44,494 bases of DNA from Chiloscyllium plagiosum (taxonomy: Eukaryota), in NCBI RefSeq assembly GCF_004010195.1, contig NC_057719.1, forward strand, positions 21,621,509 through 21,666,002, written 5' to 3'. The translations under genes and the position numbers were made by a program. Numbering within the stretch: the stretch's first letter is position 1; each line of letters opens with the position of its first letter. Shown here one piece after another: positions 32,461-44,401 of the stretch. The notes beneath the pieces were generated by a model. It had not been told where the DNA came from, made no database searches, and was given only the letters and a program-made list of their open reading frames with translations.

Positions 32461-35002
32461 GTCGAAACAAGTGTCTATCACCATAAAAAGAAAAATCTTC
32501 TTTGTGTACATGCACGTCTAGAATACAGAGACAGATTAAATTTCAGCTCAGACGAAACCTCGATTAGACCAGAATTAAAATGTTACATGCATTTTACATT
32601 ATCTTATTATGCAAAGAAAATATATCTAATGGAAAGGAAAATGGATTAAGAAGTTCCCAGGATTGTAATGAGCTCCTTAAAACTTACATCACATTACGTA
32701 CCTGTTGCATTTATGCTCATACTGTCTCGAGATCAAAACTTAATATCTGGAGGCAAATGTTTGCGTTCAAGCAAGTGCATGCATAACCAGCTTGTGAAGG
32801 TGAAGTGGTGAACGCTAAATAAGGATAAAAACAATTAAGATCACATTTTTTTAAATAGAGTTAAGCCTTCTCCTTTCCCTATAAGGAAAATAAATGGAAT
32901 AAGATATTATGATTTATAACAAATTAATAAAAGATCTGCCACAGGTGATTTGTTTTCATTGTTTGCCCTGGCTATGCAGAACGTTCATGTATAACATTTA
33001 TTTACTTGTGATTTTTGAAGAAGAGAAATCCGTGATGTTATTAGTTAAAGGAAGTTGTTAGTTAAAAGACATCCTTGGAGATCAGTTTAATGTCATAGTT
33101 TATCAGGAATATTATCCTTTTATGCCACGTATTATAGTTTGGACTGACTGCTAAAGACTCATGTGGGGAAACTGTGCTTTTATTTGGCAGCTATTACAGC
33201 AATTAAGTAAAATAATTTCAGGCAATTTTATTTCAGTCCCACTGGCTACATATTCATTGTAAGAAATGACGGTCAAGGTTAAAACAAAGAGTAAATCTAT
33301 CAATGTAGAAACCTCTTGAACTAAATAAGGTAGATGATTACTGTTTGAAACGTTCTAATAAAATAATAAATTTAAGTTGGAAAAGCAAATATAGGCAAAT
33401 TAGGTTAGATTATTTATGTTAATTAAATTTCTATAATTTAGTACTAATGAACATCTTTCTGTTTTCAAAGTAAAACTACTTAAACCTAAGTGCTTTTATT
33501 CAGAAGTCTAGTAACTCTAATTTGTCGGTAATGATTTGACTCCACTGTTGTCAATTTAGAAAATTGGAATCGTGACCAGATGCATCTTATTATGCGATTA
33601 ATTCCATGTCACCGAAAGCAAATATTCAGAGCGCTATCAGCCATCTGTTGATGTAGAAATCACATATCGGCACTAGTGCCTGCGCCAATGGGAATCTAAG
33701 TAGAAGGTTCAACCTTGTCCACCCCTAACTTCAGAACATATTTCTATTTGGAACAGGGAATTAAGTTGTGATAGTTTCTGTTCAGGTATCTTTTGCAATA
33801 AACAACTCTTGTCCATATCCAGCATGAAACCGCTTTATGTTAGCTGCTGTATTAGTAAAGGGATGATTCTGTAACCTTTGCTCCTTTGGAATACAGCACT
33901 TGCACATCCTTTCCCACTGGTTGTATTGTAATTGTGCTGTATTGTTTTAATTGTGCGAGAGGAACAGCAAATTGATGCCTTGATTATTTGACTGAAGTGT
34001 TGTGTTTGATGTTGCATTACAAATATCATTAGAGGGTCATTATAAGATTGGCCTTTCTGGATGGAGGAAATATCTAGGTTTGCAAGTGCTACTTTCTGGC
34101 ATTATGTTCAGACTAGCAGGGGCTAAAGAGCCAATGCAAGGCTGTTAGAAGAATCGAATTGTTACAGTACATCTATAACATAAACACCATAAATGCAAAG
34201 AGTCTGGAAAGCTTAGACCTAAATTGCAAAGTGCTGAACAACATATTTGAACTGAAGCGTGAACCTGGATAAAACTATCAAGTGTACAGCATAGGCTAAT
34301 TTTTGCAAATATCTTAACAACAAGTGTTGATGCTTTGTTTACAGTTTTGTGTATTTGCCAGACAATGCGTCTAAATGAAGGTCAAGTGACAAGCGTACGT
34401 TTTTTCTTCAATGTAAATTTTGTTACTCTCAGTCCCCAGGTTAGATACGTTTTCAGACATGATACCCCAATTTATCAAGTTCCCAGGAAAAGAGGAATAA
34501 CTGGTCCCCCTTCATTGTTCACTCGTTTCCCCCCCCTTACCCCCAATCCAGTTTGTCACAGCAACATTAATTTTAAAAAGATCCTTTCTCTTGTGAATGG
34601 CTTTCTGCCAGACCGAATGATTTTTGTTAAATGAGCCAATTTAACGAGGCTTTCTTGAGTTTATGAGTTGCAGAGTGCAAGAACACAAGATTAGAAATGA
34701 GAGGTGAGTTCATAAAGATAAAAGTTTAAAAAAAGGGCCAATATTTGAATTTGAAGAAGAGTAGATAACGAGACATTCTGGCTGTTATGTGGGTGATACT
34801 GGTGGCACTGATGTTGGCAGGTAAGCAGTCAATTTTGAGATGCTCAGCTTTGCAGGTCATCTGAACTGGCTTTCGCTGTGTTTTTGACTGTGATTTCACT
34901 TGCTTTCTGATTTTCAGCAAAGAGAGAGAGATTTTATTTGCAGCACAGGGATGACTAGGTGTTTTCTCAGCTGTGACCAACTAACCTACGAAGAATTATG
35001 GA

Positions 35003-35192
35003 ATCATAGAATCCCTAATGTGTGGAAGCAGGCCTTTCGGCCTATCTGGTTGACACTGACCCTCTGAAGAGCATTCCACCCAGATCCACCCCTCTACACT
35101 ATCCCAGAAATCCCAGCGTTTCCCATGGTGAATCCACCTAACCTGGATACCATGGGCAATTTAGCACAGCCAATTCACCTATCTGCACATCA
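35003..35192 (-). mobile_element. HE1-related SINE 3' half
   Basis: gggcaatttagcacagccaattcacctatctgcacatc is the reverse complement of 1627-1665 in the full SINE; CR1-like tail. Confidence 0.75.
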
Positions 35193-35739
35193 TTGGTGTT
35201 CTGTTGAACTCACTAGAACACACAGACCAAAATTGGAACAGGATGTCAACCCCTATTCCTGAGTATTCCTAAAATGGAAAATTATAAATATGTCTCTCAC
35301 ACAGATTACTCTCTTCTCTCCCATTATGTTCATGGTCTGAGATGTTCACAGTCATTCTTTGAAGCTTCCTTTGAACTGTAGAAAGTCCAATATTCCAGAG
35401 GTTTCAGGAAGTATTCCAGCAGTCAGTGAATGCCATGCTTAGAAGTTACCTCATTAGCTTGGCATTGTTTGCAGCCTTTGTTCAATTTTAAAAAAAAACA
35501 CACCTTGCTCAAAACATCAATATGTCTGTAAGTGATTTGAGACTTAGTCCGGTCACCTATAAAAAGGATGGAAAGGGCAGATTAATAAGCGATCCGATCT
35601 GTTTCTTAGTGAAATAGGTTTGAATTTTGCCAGAAATCAGCAAATTACCAATTTTGGTTGGTTTCATGAAAGGTTCCTCTCGATGACGTCGCGTGAGATG
35701 TTGTAAACTGTCTTCCCCAACTGGCTTCATTAACTATGC

Positions 35740-36030
35740 ATCATTTTCTTATGGTGCCTTGCTCGTTGCCTTCTCCCTCTTGCTGTCGGAAACGTGCCTG
35801 CTGGGACATTCTGGGTCTTCTGGCATCTCCACCATATTGATACGAATTAACCATTGGCATTCCAGAGCTACCCTGCCCAGCCTGTGTCATTTGCTCTGGG
35901 CATCTTAGACAAAGGGAAAACTGGCATCCTGTTTGCAGACAGAAACTTGGAGGCCCTGGCACAAAGGAGCACCATCTTCTTTTTCCAAGATTGACATCAT
36001 GACACAAGACCCTGCTAAACTGGGCGGAGG
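35740..36030 (-). mobile_element. Ancient RTE-clade-like LINE 3' remnant
   Basis: Minus strand gives decayed ..W.D.V....V...A..P...L..R..RW(A/L)G.V..MP...YG...RRP; heavily frameshifted. Confidence 0.4.
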
Positions 36031-36246
36031 TTACCACACCAATCAATGTGATGTTGAAGTTCTGGAGGAATGCTTAGCAATGCAATAGGAAAATCACATA
36101 CCTCCCCTGCTTTGTGAAGGTGAATGCCAACATCTTCTTTATGGTATCCTTTATTCACTCAATCTTCATCACTGCACATAGCTCCCAGCAAGGATCATTG
36201 TCCAGCAACCTCATTATTGCATGCAACAACTTGCCTGACAAACTCA

Positions 36247-37192
36247 TTTTCTACAAACCCACCGACTCCCACAGCTACCTGGATTACACCTCTTCCCACC
36301 CTACCTCTTGCAAAAATGCCATCCCGTATTCCCAATTCCTCCGCCTCCGCCGTATCTGCTCCCAGGAGGAGCGGTTCCACACAGAAAACACCAGATGGCC
36401 TCCTTCTTTAGAGACCGCAATTTCCCTTCCCACGTGGTTAAAGATGCCCTCCAACGCATCTCATCCACATCCCACACCTCCGCCCTCAGACCCAACCCCT
36501 CCAACCGCAACAAGGACAGAACGCCCCTGGTGCTCACCTCCCACCCTACCAACCTTCGCATAAACCAAATCATCCGCCGACATTCCCGCCACCTCCAAAC
36601 AGACCCCACCACCAGGGATATATTTCCCTCCCCACACCTTTCCGNNNNNNNNNNNNNNNNNNNNNNNNNNNNNNNNNNNNNNNNNNNNNNNNNNNNNNNN
36701 NNNNNNNNNNNNNNNNNNNNNNNNNNNNNNNNNNNNNNNNNNNNNNNNNNNNNNNNNNNNNNNNNNNNNNNNNNNNNNNNNNNNNNNNNNNNNNNNNNNN
36801 NNNNNNNNNNNNNNNNNNNNNNNNNNNNNNNNNNNNNNNNNNNNNNNNNNNNNNNNNNNNNNNNNNNNNNNNNNNNNNNNNNNNNNNNNNNNNNNNNNNN
36901 NNNNNNNNNNNNNNNNNNNNNNNNNNNNNNNNNNNNNNNNNNNNNNNNNNNNNNNNNNNNNNNNNNNNNNNNNNNNNNNNNNNNNNNNNNNNNNNNNNNN
37001 NNNNNNNNNNNNNNNNNNNNNNNNNNNNNNNNNNNNNNNNNNNNNNNNNNNNNNNNNNNNNNNNNNNNNNNNNNNNNNNNNNNNNNNNNNNNNNNNNNNN
37101 NNNNNNNNNNNNNNNNNNNNNNNTGCTGTGCTCTTCCAGCACCACTGATCCAGAATCTGGTTTCCAGCATCTGTAGTCATTGTTTTTACCTT
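36247..37192 (+). mobile_element. Penelope-like element (RT thumb region, gap, tail)
   Basis: IFYKPTDSHSYLDYTSSHP.SCKNAIPYSQFLRLRRICS; PLVLT.HPTNLRI; tail after the gap is related to the other PLE tails. Confidence 0.92.
36645..37123. other. Assembly gap
   Basis: Run of N. Confidence 1.
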
Positions 37193-37458
37193 TTAAACTC
37201 TCACCCAGCCAATCACTCAGAATACTGTCTGTATGCCCTCTGCACCACCTACTCACTAACTCAGCATACCTCACAGTCTTTCCCCTATCTATGCCAATGC
37301 TAACAGTTGTGCCAGCTACTTCTATCTCAGTAAATCCCTCCCTTTGACTCAAAAGAGAAGAAAATGAACTGTATGTGTTTTTCTGACAAGCGACTATGGT
37401 TTCTTGGCCATCATTAGATTCTTAATTCCAGATTTTTATTGAAATCAAATTCCACCAT

Positions 37459-37910
37459 GACTTGAAGATGCCGGTGTTGGATTGGGGTGTACAAAGTTAA
37501 AAATCAGACAACACCAGGTTATAGTCCAATGGGTTTAATTGGAAGCACTAGCTTTCAGAGCACTGCTCCTTCATCAGGTGGTTGTGGAGTACACGATTGT
37601 AAGACACAGAATTAAAAGCAAAAGTTTACAGTGTGATGTAACTAAAAAATACCTTGATTGTTAGTTAAATTTCTCATCTGTTCAAATTACCATGTTAGTT
37701 TGACTTCTTTCATATGTAAATTGCAAAACGTTTTTTAAAAATTACATTCTCAAGTGAACTTTAACAATTGGTGTCAGCCCAGATAATGTATTGAAGGTGT
37801 TAGCCCCCTGTGTGCTGCTGTCTGTAATATAATGTTTAGACTGATTCTAATCTAAAAAATGAATTAACAGAATCTTACATGGATTCATGCAGTTTTTGAG
37901 CAAAGTACAA
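37459..37910 (-). mobile_element. PLE terminal region (second family)
   Basis: Shares sequence with 1250-1345 and 2928-2968, carries an HHR motif, and runs into a gap. Confidence 0.8.
37546..37580 (-). ncRNA. Minimal hammerhead motif (core intact)
   Basis: CAC-CTGATGA-AGGAGC AGT GCTCT-GAAAGCTA^GTG; stem I CAC/GTG; palindromic AGCT stem III. Confidence 0.72.
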
Positions 37911-38001
37911 NNNNNNNNNNNNNNNNNNNNNNNNNNNNNNNNNNNNNNNNNNNNNNNNNNNNNNNNNNNNNNNNNNNNNNNNNNNNNNNNNNNNNNNNNN
38001 N
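37911..38001. other. Assembly gap
   Basis: Run of N. Confidence 1.
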
Positions 38002-38877
38002 TCGAACCCAGCACCACCTTCCTAACCTGCAATCTTCTTCCTGACCTCTCCGCTCCCACCCCCACTCCGGCCTATCACCCTCACCATGACCTCCTTCCAA
38101 ATATCGCATTTCCAATGTCCCTCCCCCAAGTCCCTCCTCCCTACCTTTTATCTTAGCCTGCTGGAATCTGCTCCCAGGAGGACCAGTTCCAATACCGTAC
38201 AACCCAGACGGCCTCCTTCTTCAAAGACCACAAATTCCCACCAGACGTGATCGATGATGCCCTCCACCACATCTACTCCACTTCCCGCTCCTCCGCCCTT
38301 GAGCCCCGCCCCTCCAACCGCCACCAGGACAGAACCCTACTGGTCCTCACCTTCCACCCCACCAACCTCCATATACATAGTATAATCCGTCGTCATTTCC
38401 GCCACCTCCAAACGGACCCCACCATCAGGGATATATTTCCCTACCCTCCTCTATCAGTGTTCCGAAAAGACCACTCCCTCCGTGACTCCCTAGTCAAGTC
38501 CACACCCCCCACCAACTCAACCTCCACTCCCCGCACATTCCCCTGCAACTGCAAGAAATGTAAAACTTGCGCCCACACCTCCACCCTTAATTCCCTCCAA
38601 GGCCCCAGGGGATCCTTCCATATCCACCACAAATTCACCTGCACCTCCACACACATCATTTACTGCATCCGCTGCACCCGATGTGGCCTCCTCTATATTG
38701 GGGAGACAGGCCGCCTACTTGCGGAACGTTCCTCCCCCAAGTCCCTCCTCCCGACCTTTTATCTTAGCCTGCTGGACACACTTTCCTCATTCCTGAAGAA
38801 GGGCTCATGCCCGAAACGTCAATTCTCCTGCTCCTTGGATGCTGCCTGACCTGCTGCGCTTTTCCAGCAACACATTT
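38002..38877 (+). mobile_element. Composite Penelope-like element with linker Zn-knuckle and GIY-YIG N-terminus
   Basis: ORF 38247..38849: FPCNCKKCKTC, FTCTSTHIIYCIRCTRCGLLYIGETGR; tail carries an HHR. Confidence 0.93.
38790..38824 (+). ncRNA. Minimal hammerhead motif (core intact, stem I weak)
   Basis: CTGAAGA(38793)-AGGGC TCAT GCCC-GAAACGTC(38820). Confidence 0.7.
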
Positions 38878-38901
38878 GTAAGTACAAATTTACCCAAGAA
38901 A

Positions 38902-38985
38902 TGTATATGTGTATGTGTGTGTGTGTGTGTGTGTGTATGTGTGTGTGTGTATGTGTGTCTGTGTGAGTGTCTGTGTGTGTCTGTG
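38902..38985. repeat. Imperfect (TG)n microsatellite
   Basis: Direct reading. Confidence 0.97.
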
Positions 38986-38999
38986 GGTGGTGCGGGGTG

Positions 39000-39404
39000 G
39001 AATTGGACCCAACCAGATGGCCACTACCCTGGGCATGACACGTATGGTCAAACCGTCAGGAAATATATAAATGCCAGATTCATCAGTGGCACCCATAAGG
39101 TAGAGCAAAACATCACCCGTTCACAACGCAACAACACCCATGTTCTGAAAACCAATCACAACATTGTCATCAAACCAGCAGATAAAGGAGGAGCTATCAT
39201 CATTCAGAATAGTCAGATTACTGCAAGGAAGTGTACCGACAACTGAACAACCAGAAACACTACAGGCAACTACTGGCCGATCCGAGCAAAGAACACACCC
39301 GTGAACTCAACACATTGATCAGGATCCAGTCCTTCAGAGTTCCCTACGCGTCCTCATCCCACGTACTTCTCACTAGGTGACTTCTACTGCCTTCCAAAGA
39401 TACA
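39000..39404 (+). mobile_element. Penelope-like RT N-terminal fragment (another family)
   Basis: NIVIKPADKGGAIIIQN, then DYCKEVYRQLNNQKHY and FYCLPKI. Confidence 0.88.
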
Positions 39405-39904
39405 NNNNNNNNNNNNNNNNNNNNNNNNNNNNNNNNNNNNNNNNNNNNNNNNNNNNNNNNNNNNNNNNNNNNNNNNNNNNNNNNNNNNNNNNNNNNNNNN
39501 NNNNNNNNNNNNNNNNNNNNNNNNNNNNNNNNNNNNNNNNNNNNNNNNNNNNNNNNNNNNNNNNNNNNNNNNNNNNNNNNNNNNNNNNNNNNNNNNNNNN
39601 NNNNNNNNNNNNNNNNNNNNNNNNNNNNNNNNNNNNNNNNNNNNNNNNNNNNNNNNNNNNNNNNNNNNNNNNNNNNNNNNNNNNNNNNNNNNNNNNNNNN
39701 NNNNNNNNNNNNNNNNNNNNNNNNNNNNNNNNNNNNNNNNNNNNNNNNNNNNNNNNNNNNNNNNNNNNNNNNNNNNNNNNNNNNNNNNNNNNNNNNNNNN
39801 NNNNNNNNNNNNNNNNNNNNNNNNNNNNNNNNNNNNNNNNNNNNNNNNNNNNNNNNNNNNNNNNNNNNNNNNNNNNNNNNNNNNNNNNNNNNNNNNNNNN
39901 NNNN
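39405..39904. other. Assembly gap (500 N)
   Basis: Run of N. Confidence 1.
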
Positions 39905-40401
39905 ACACTTGTTGTTGGAAGGTTGAGAGTGATAATGATAATGAAGGGAGAACATGCCTGCAATTTCACAGCACCAATCAACTTTCCAGACCATTTTGGA
40001 AACAGATGGGTGGAGGTGGGAGCAAAGGACAGTAGGCTTCAGCCAATCAAGTGCTCAGTGTTTTTCCTGACTGAACATTCCAGCCATGAACCTGGCCTCC
40101 CTCTGGAACTGAAACGTGGCCCAGAGAAAGAGGCAGATACTTTGCTAAAGGCCTGGGAGTCCAGTGCTCCCCGGAGATGTGAGTCTGCACTGGAAATATG
40201 CTCAATATAGGTGTCTCAACCCCAAGAACTATAATCCATTGTGTTTGAAAACATCTCAGTGGGACACATTAAAATAGTACATGAATGCAAGGTTTACTTT
40301 CTTATTTCTATCTGACTTACTTCAGTTGTCCAGTAGGATTCTTTTTATGGGTTGAGTCATGATAAATCTGCTGTTTTAGATAAAACATTGATAGTAATGC
40401 T

Positions 40402-41098
40402 TTAGTAAGTTTACAGATGACACCAAAATTGGAGGTGTAGTGGACAGCGAAGAGGGTTACCTCAGATTACAACAGGATCTGGACCAGATGGGCCAATGGG
40501 CTGAGAAATGGAAGATGGACTTTAATTCAGATAAATGCAAAGTGCTGCATTTTGGGAAAGCAAATCTTAGCAGGACTTATACGCTTAATGGTAAGGTCTT
40601 AGGGAGTGTTGCTGAACAAAGAGACCTTGGAGTGCAGGTTCATAGCTCCTTGAAAGTGGAGTCGCAGGTCGATAGGATAGTGAAGACGACGTTTGGTATG
40701 CTTTCCTTTATTGGTCANNNNNNNNNNNNNNNNNNNNNNNNNNNNNNNNNNNNNNNNNNNNNNNNNNNNNNNNNNNNNNNNNNNNNNNNNNNNNNNNNNN
40801 NNNNNNNNNNNNNNNNNNNNNNNNNNNNNNNNNNNNNNNNNNNNNNNNNNNNNNNNNNNNNNNNNNNNNNNNNNNNNNNNNNNNNNNNNNNNNNNNNNNN
40901 NNNNNNNNNNNNNNNNNNNNNNNNNNNNNNNNNNNNNNNNNNNNNNNNNNNNTTGGATGGGTATATGAATAGGAAGGATTTGGAGGGATATGGGCCGGGT
41001 GCTGGCAGGTGGGACTGGATTGGGTTGGGATATCTGGTCAGCGTGGACGAGTTGGACTGAAGGGTCTGTTTCCATGCTGTACATCTCTATGACTCTAT
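40402..41098 (+). mobile_element. 5'-truncated CR1 LINE (gap inside)
   Basis: SKFTDDTKIGG, LQQDLDQMGQWAEKW.MDFN..KCKVLHFG, EQRDLGV; tail ctctatgactctat. Confidence 0.93.
40718..40952. other. Assembly gap
   Basis: Run of N. Confidence 1.
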
Positions 41099-42714
41099 AT
41101 GGCAACAGTGTGTTGGGTCTTGTTGTGACGGGTTATATTTAAGATAAATCTTACATTACTTATATAGAGTGCTGAGACTTATTGTATTGTCAGATAATAC
41201 CTTGGCTATAAGGATTATAAACAGAATCACTTCAAATATAACGGGACTATGGAAAGTCTGTATTAATTTTGAGGTATCACCATTGTTAATATTAAATCTG
41301 TTGCCAAATTGCCCTTATATTCAACCATATCAGAAGCATATTGATTGCGGATCATTTGGTGAACATTGCATTTGATTAAGTGATCAGCGATAATGTCTTA
41401 CTTTATAATCTAGGAAGATTCAAGTCATTGAACCACAATGATTCCAAATGATCAAAGAGACAATTTTGTGAAACATATTTGCATTTCTGTTTTGGCAGGC
41501 AGCTCTGAAATGTTTTGTTTTATTATTATCTTGCAGACTTTAGGTTCTATTAGTTTAAAATAGAAGGTGCTTTTGATGACCTTGGTCCTGTCACAAGCAA
41601 GCTATCAGTGTTTTTAGTTTTGTGTTCTGTCATGTCCTCATCATATTGTGGAGACTGGGCAGGGTATTCAATGAGTTCAGTAACTCTTCTGAATGTTAAT
41701 GGTCTCTTGGAGGCTTATAATATTTTTTGTTCACGTTTTGCACTTTAGTGAATCATGTCAGCATCTGCAATAATATGGCGCGCATAGTTGATGTTTTTAT
41801 TTAAATCATAATCAATGTAATTCATTGTATTATGGTATTTTGCATTTGCTGTATTTAAAAATGCTCGGTTTTTAAAGCTGTTGTAGTGTATTATGAATTC
41901 AGAACTCAGAACTGGGGATGGGGAAGGCTGTGGCTCATGTTTGAGATTAAATTCCTTTTTGGCATTCAGCTGACAGGGCACTTTGCACTACTGGTGTTTT
42001 CTTTCAACATAGTCTTGTGCCACGAGAGCCCAATCTGCATGTGTCAGGAATTCCAAGCTTTCCTCCCTCTCTGCTGTTCTGATTTCACCATTCACAACTA
42101 TATCTGTGTTTGGTACATGTCTTTGTATTTCTCTCATTGGGCCTTCATTCATCTTGGACTGACATTGTCCTGTCATTAAATCATCTTGCTAATTACATTA
42201 CAGATCATTTGAAAAATTCCGGAACCACTCAGCAGTTCAGTCGATGTACAGAGAGAAACATAGAATATTGGTCTGTATTATCCGCTCAAAATCTGCATTT
42301 TCTGCTGCTAGCCATTTCCACCCACGCACCCACCCCCTCCAATCGATCCATGATGTTGAGTTTTCCTGGTCTTTGTTACAAATAGGGAAGAAAAAAAAGT
42401 GATCATTTTTTAAAATTGCCAAATATCACCTTTAATCTTCAGTTCGAACTTCTAGCCTTGACCTAGAAGTCCATTTACAGTAATGTTGAACAAGGAGAAG
42501 CACATCTTCATTACTGCCCCATTAACCACAGACACTCTTTTTTTGAAATGGTTATTGCCTGACACTTGTTCTCATAGATAATACAGGCTCCCAGAACAGC
42601 CTTGTGAGAAATGAGGTTCCAAAGTGTCTTTTCATTAATCATTTCTCAGAAAAAAAGCAGATAACTTTGAAATTCCTCAATCTCAAGTTAACAAAAAGTG
42701 TTTTTATCTCTTTG

Positions 42715-42925
42715 TTCTTTTATGACTTCGGAGCATTGCTGGCAGGGCAAGCATTTGTTAACCATCATTACTTGCCCTTGAAGTAATTGATTTGTTAGCT
42801 TTTTTTCCAGAGGGCAGTTAAGGGTTAAACACATCAATGTGTTTCTAGAGTTACATGTAGGCCACACTAAGTAAGGATGGCAAACTTCCATCCCTTCAGG
42901 CCATCTGTGAAACAGATGGTTCGAT
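42715..42925 (-). repeat. Degraded short repeat sharing the tail of the 29750-31035 LINE type
   Basis: gcattgctggcagggcaagcatttgtt...ttgcccttga is approximately the reverse complement of 30968-31020. Confidence 0.55.
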
Positions 42926-42947
42926 GATGGTATTGGGGAAGCAGTAA

Positions 42948-44380
42948 CCATTCTTAAAGACAGGTGAGGTGCTAGAGGACTAGAAGGCTGCTCATGTTGT
43001 CCTCCTGTACAAGAAGTGTAGTAGGGATATTCCGGGTAACTACAGACCAGTGAGCCTGACATCAGTGGTGGGGAAGTTGCTGGAGAGGGTACTGAGAGAT
43101 AGGATCTATTTATATTTGGAAAGGAATGAGCTTATTGGTGATGGGCAACATGGTTTTGTGCAGGGGAGATCGTGCCTTACAAACTTGATACAGTTCTTTG
43201 AGGAAGTGACCAAGTTGTCAGATGAAGGAAGGGCAGTTGATGTCATATACATGGACTTTAGTAAGGCGTTTGATAAGGCTCGCCATTGTCGACTAATGGA
43301 GAAAGTGAAGTCACATGGTGGGCTAGGTGGATAAAGAACTGGTTGAACAACAGGAGACAGAGAGTAGTAGTTGAAAGGAGTTTCTCGAAATGGAGAAAGG
43401 TGACCAGTGATGTTCCACAGGGGTCAGTATTGTGACCACTATTGTTTGTAATATACATAAGGGATCTGGAAGAGGGCACTGTTGGTATGATCAGCAAGTT
43501 TGCAGGTGACACAAAGATTGGTGGAGGAGCAGAAAGCATAAGGCACTGTCAGAGAATACAAGAGAATATAGATAGACTGGAGAGTTGTGCAGAAAAGTAG
43601 CAGATGGCTTTCAATCCAGACAAATGTGAGGTGATGCATTTAGGCAGGTCTAATTCTAGAGCGGATTATACAATGAATGGAAGAGCCTTGGGAAAAGTTG
43701 ATGTGCAGAGAGATCTAGGAGTGCAGGTCCATTGTACCCTGAAGGTTGCTGCACAGGTGGATAGAGTGGTCAAGAAGGCATATAGTATGCTTGCCTTCAT
43801 CGAATGGGGTATTGAGTATAAGAGCTGGCAAGTCATGTTAACATTGGACAAGACTTTGGTTCGGCCGCATTTAGAATACTGTGTACAGTTCTGGGTGCCA
43901 CATTACCAAAATGATGTGGATGCTTTGGAAAGGGTGCAGAGAAGGTTTACGAGGATGTTGCCTCGTATGGAAGGTGCTATCTATGAACAGAGGTTGAGTA
44001 GGTTAAGATTGTTTTCATTAGCAAAAAGGAGATTGAGGTTTACAAAATCATGAAGGGTAAAGACAGGGTGGATAGAGACAAGCTTTTTCCCAGGGTGAAG
44101 AATTCAATGACGAGAGGTCACGCTTTCAAGGTGAGAGGTGGAAAGTTTAAGGGGGATACACATGGCAAATACTTCACACAGAGGGTGGCGAGAGTTTGGA
44201 ACGTGTTGCCAGCAGAGGTGGTAGAGGGAGGCACGATAGATTCATTTAAGATGCGTCTGGACAGATGCATGAGTAGGTGTGAAGCAGAGGGATACAAGTA
44301 CTTAGGAATTGACCGGCAGGTTTAGACAGTACATTTGGATCGGCTCAGGCTTGGAGGGCTGTAAATGTTCTTTGTTCTAT
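42948..44380 (+). mobile_element. 5'-truncated CR1 LINE, same subfamily as 9102-12508
   Basis: SLTSVVGKLLE, QHGF, DFSKAFDK, FAGDTK, LEYCVQFW, LERVQRRFTRM; colinear with 11020-12500. Confidence 0.95.
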
Positions 44381-44401
44381 TATCGCTAGACAATTAATCT
44401 A

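Noticed and set aside
38839..39246. Cys/Val-rich and His/Thr-rich ORFs
   Set aside because: These are translations of the (TG)n microsatellite joined to PLE fragments.
36301..41105. Long ORFs (170-330 aa) spanning the N-runs
   Set aside because: Their length is an artefact of translated assembly gaps; the real parts are PLE or CR1 fragments.
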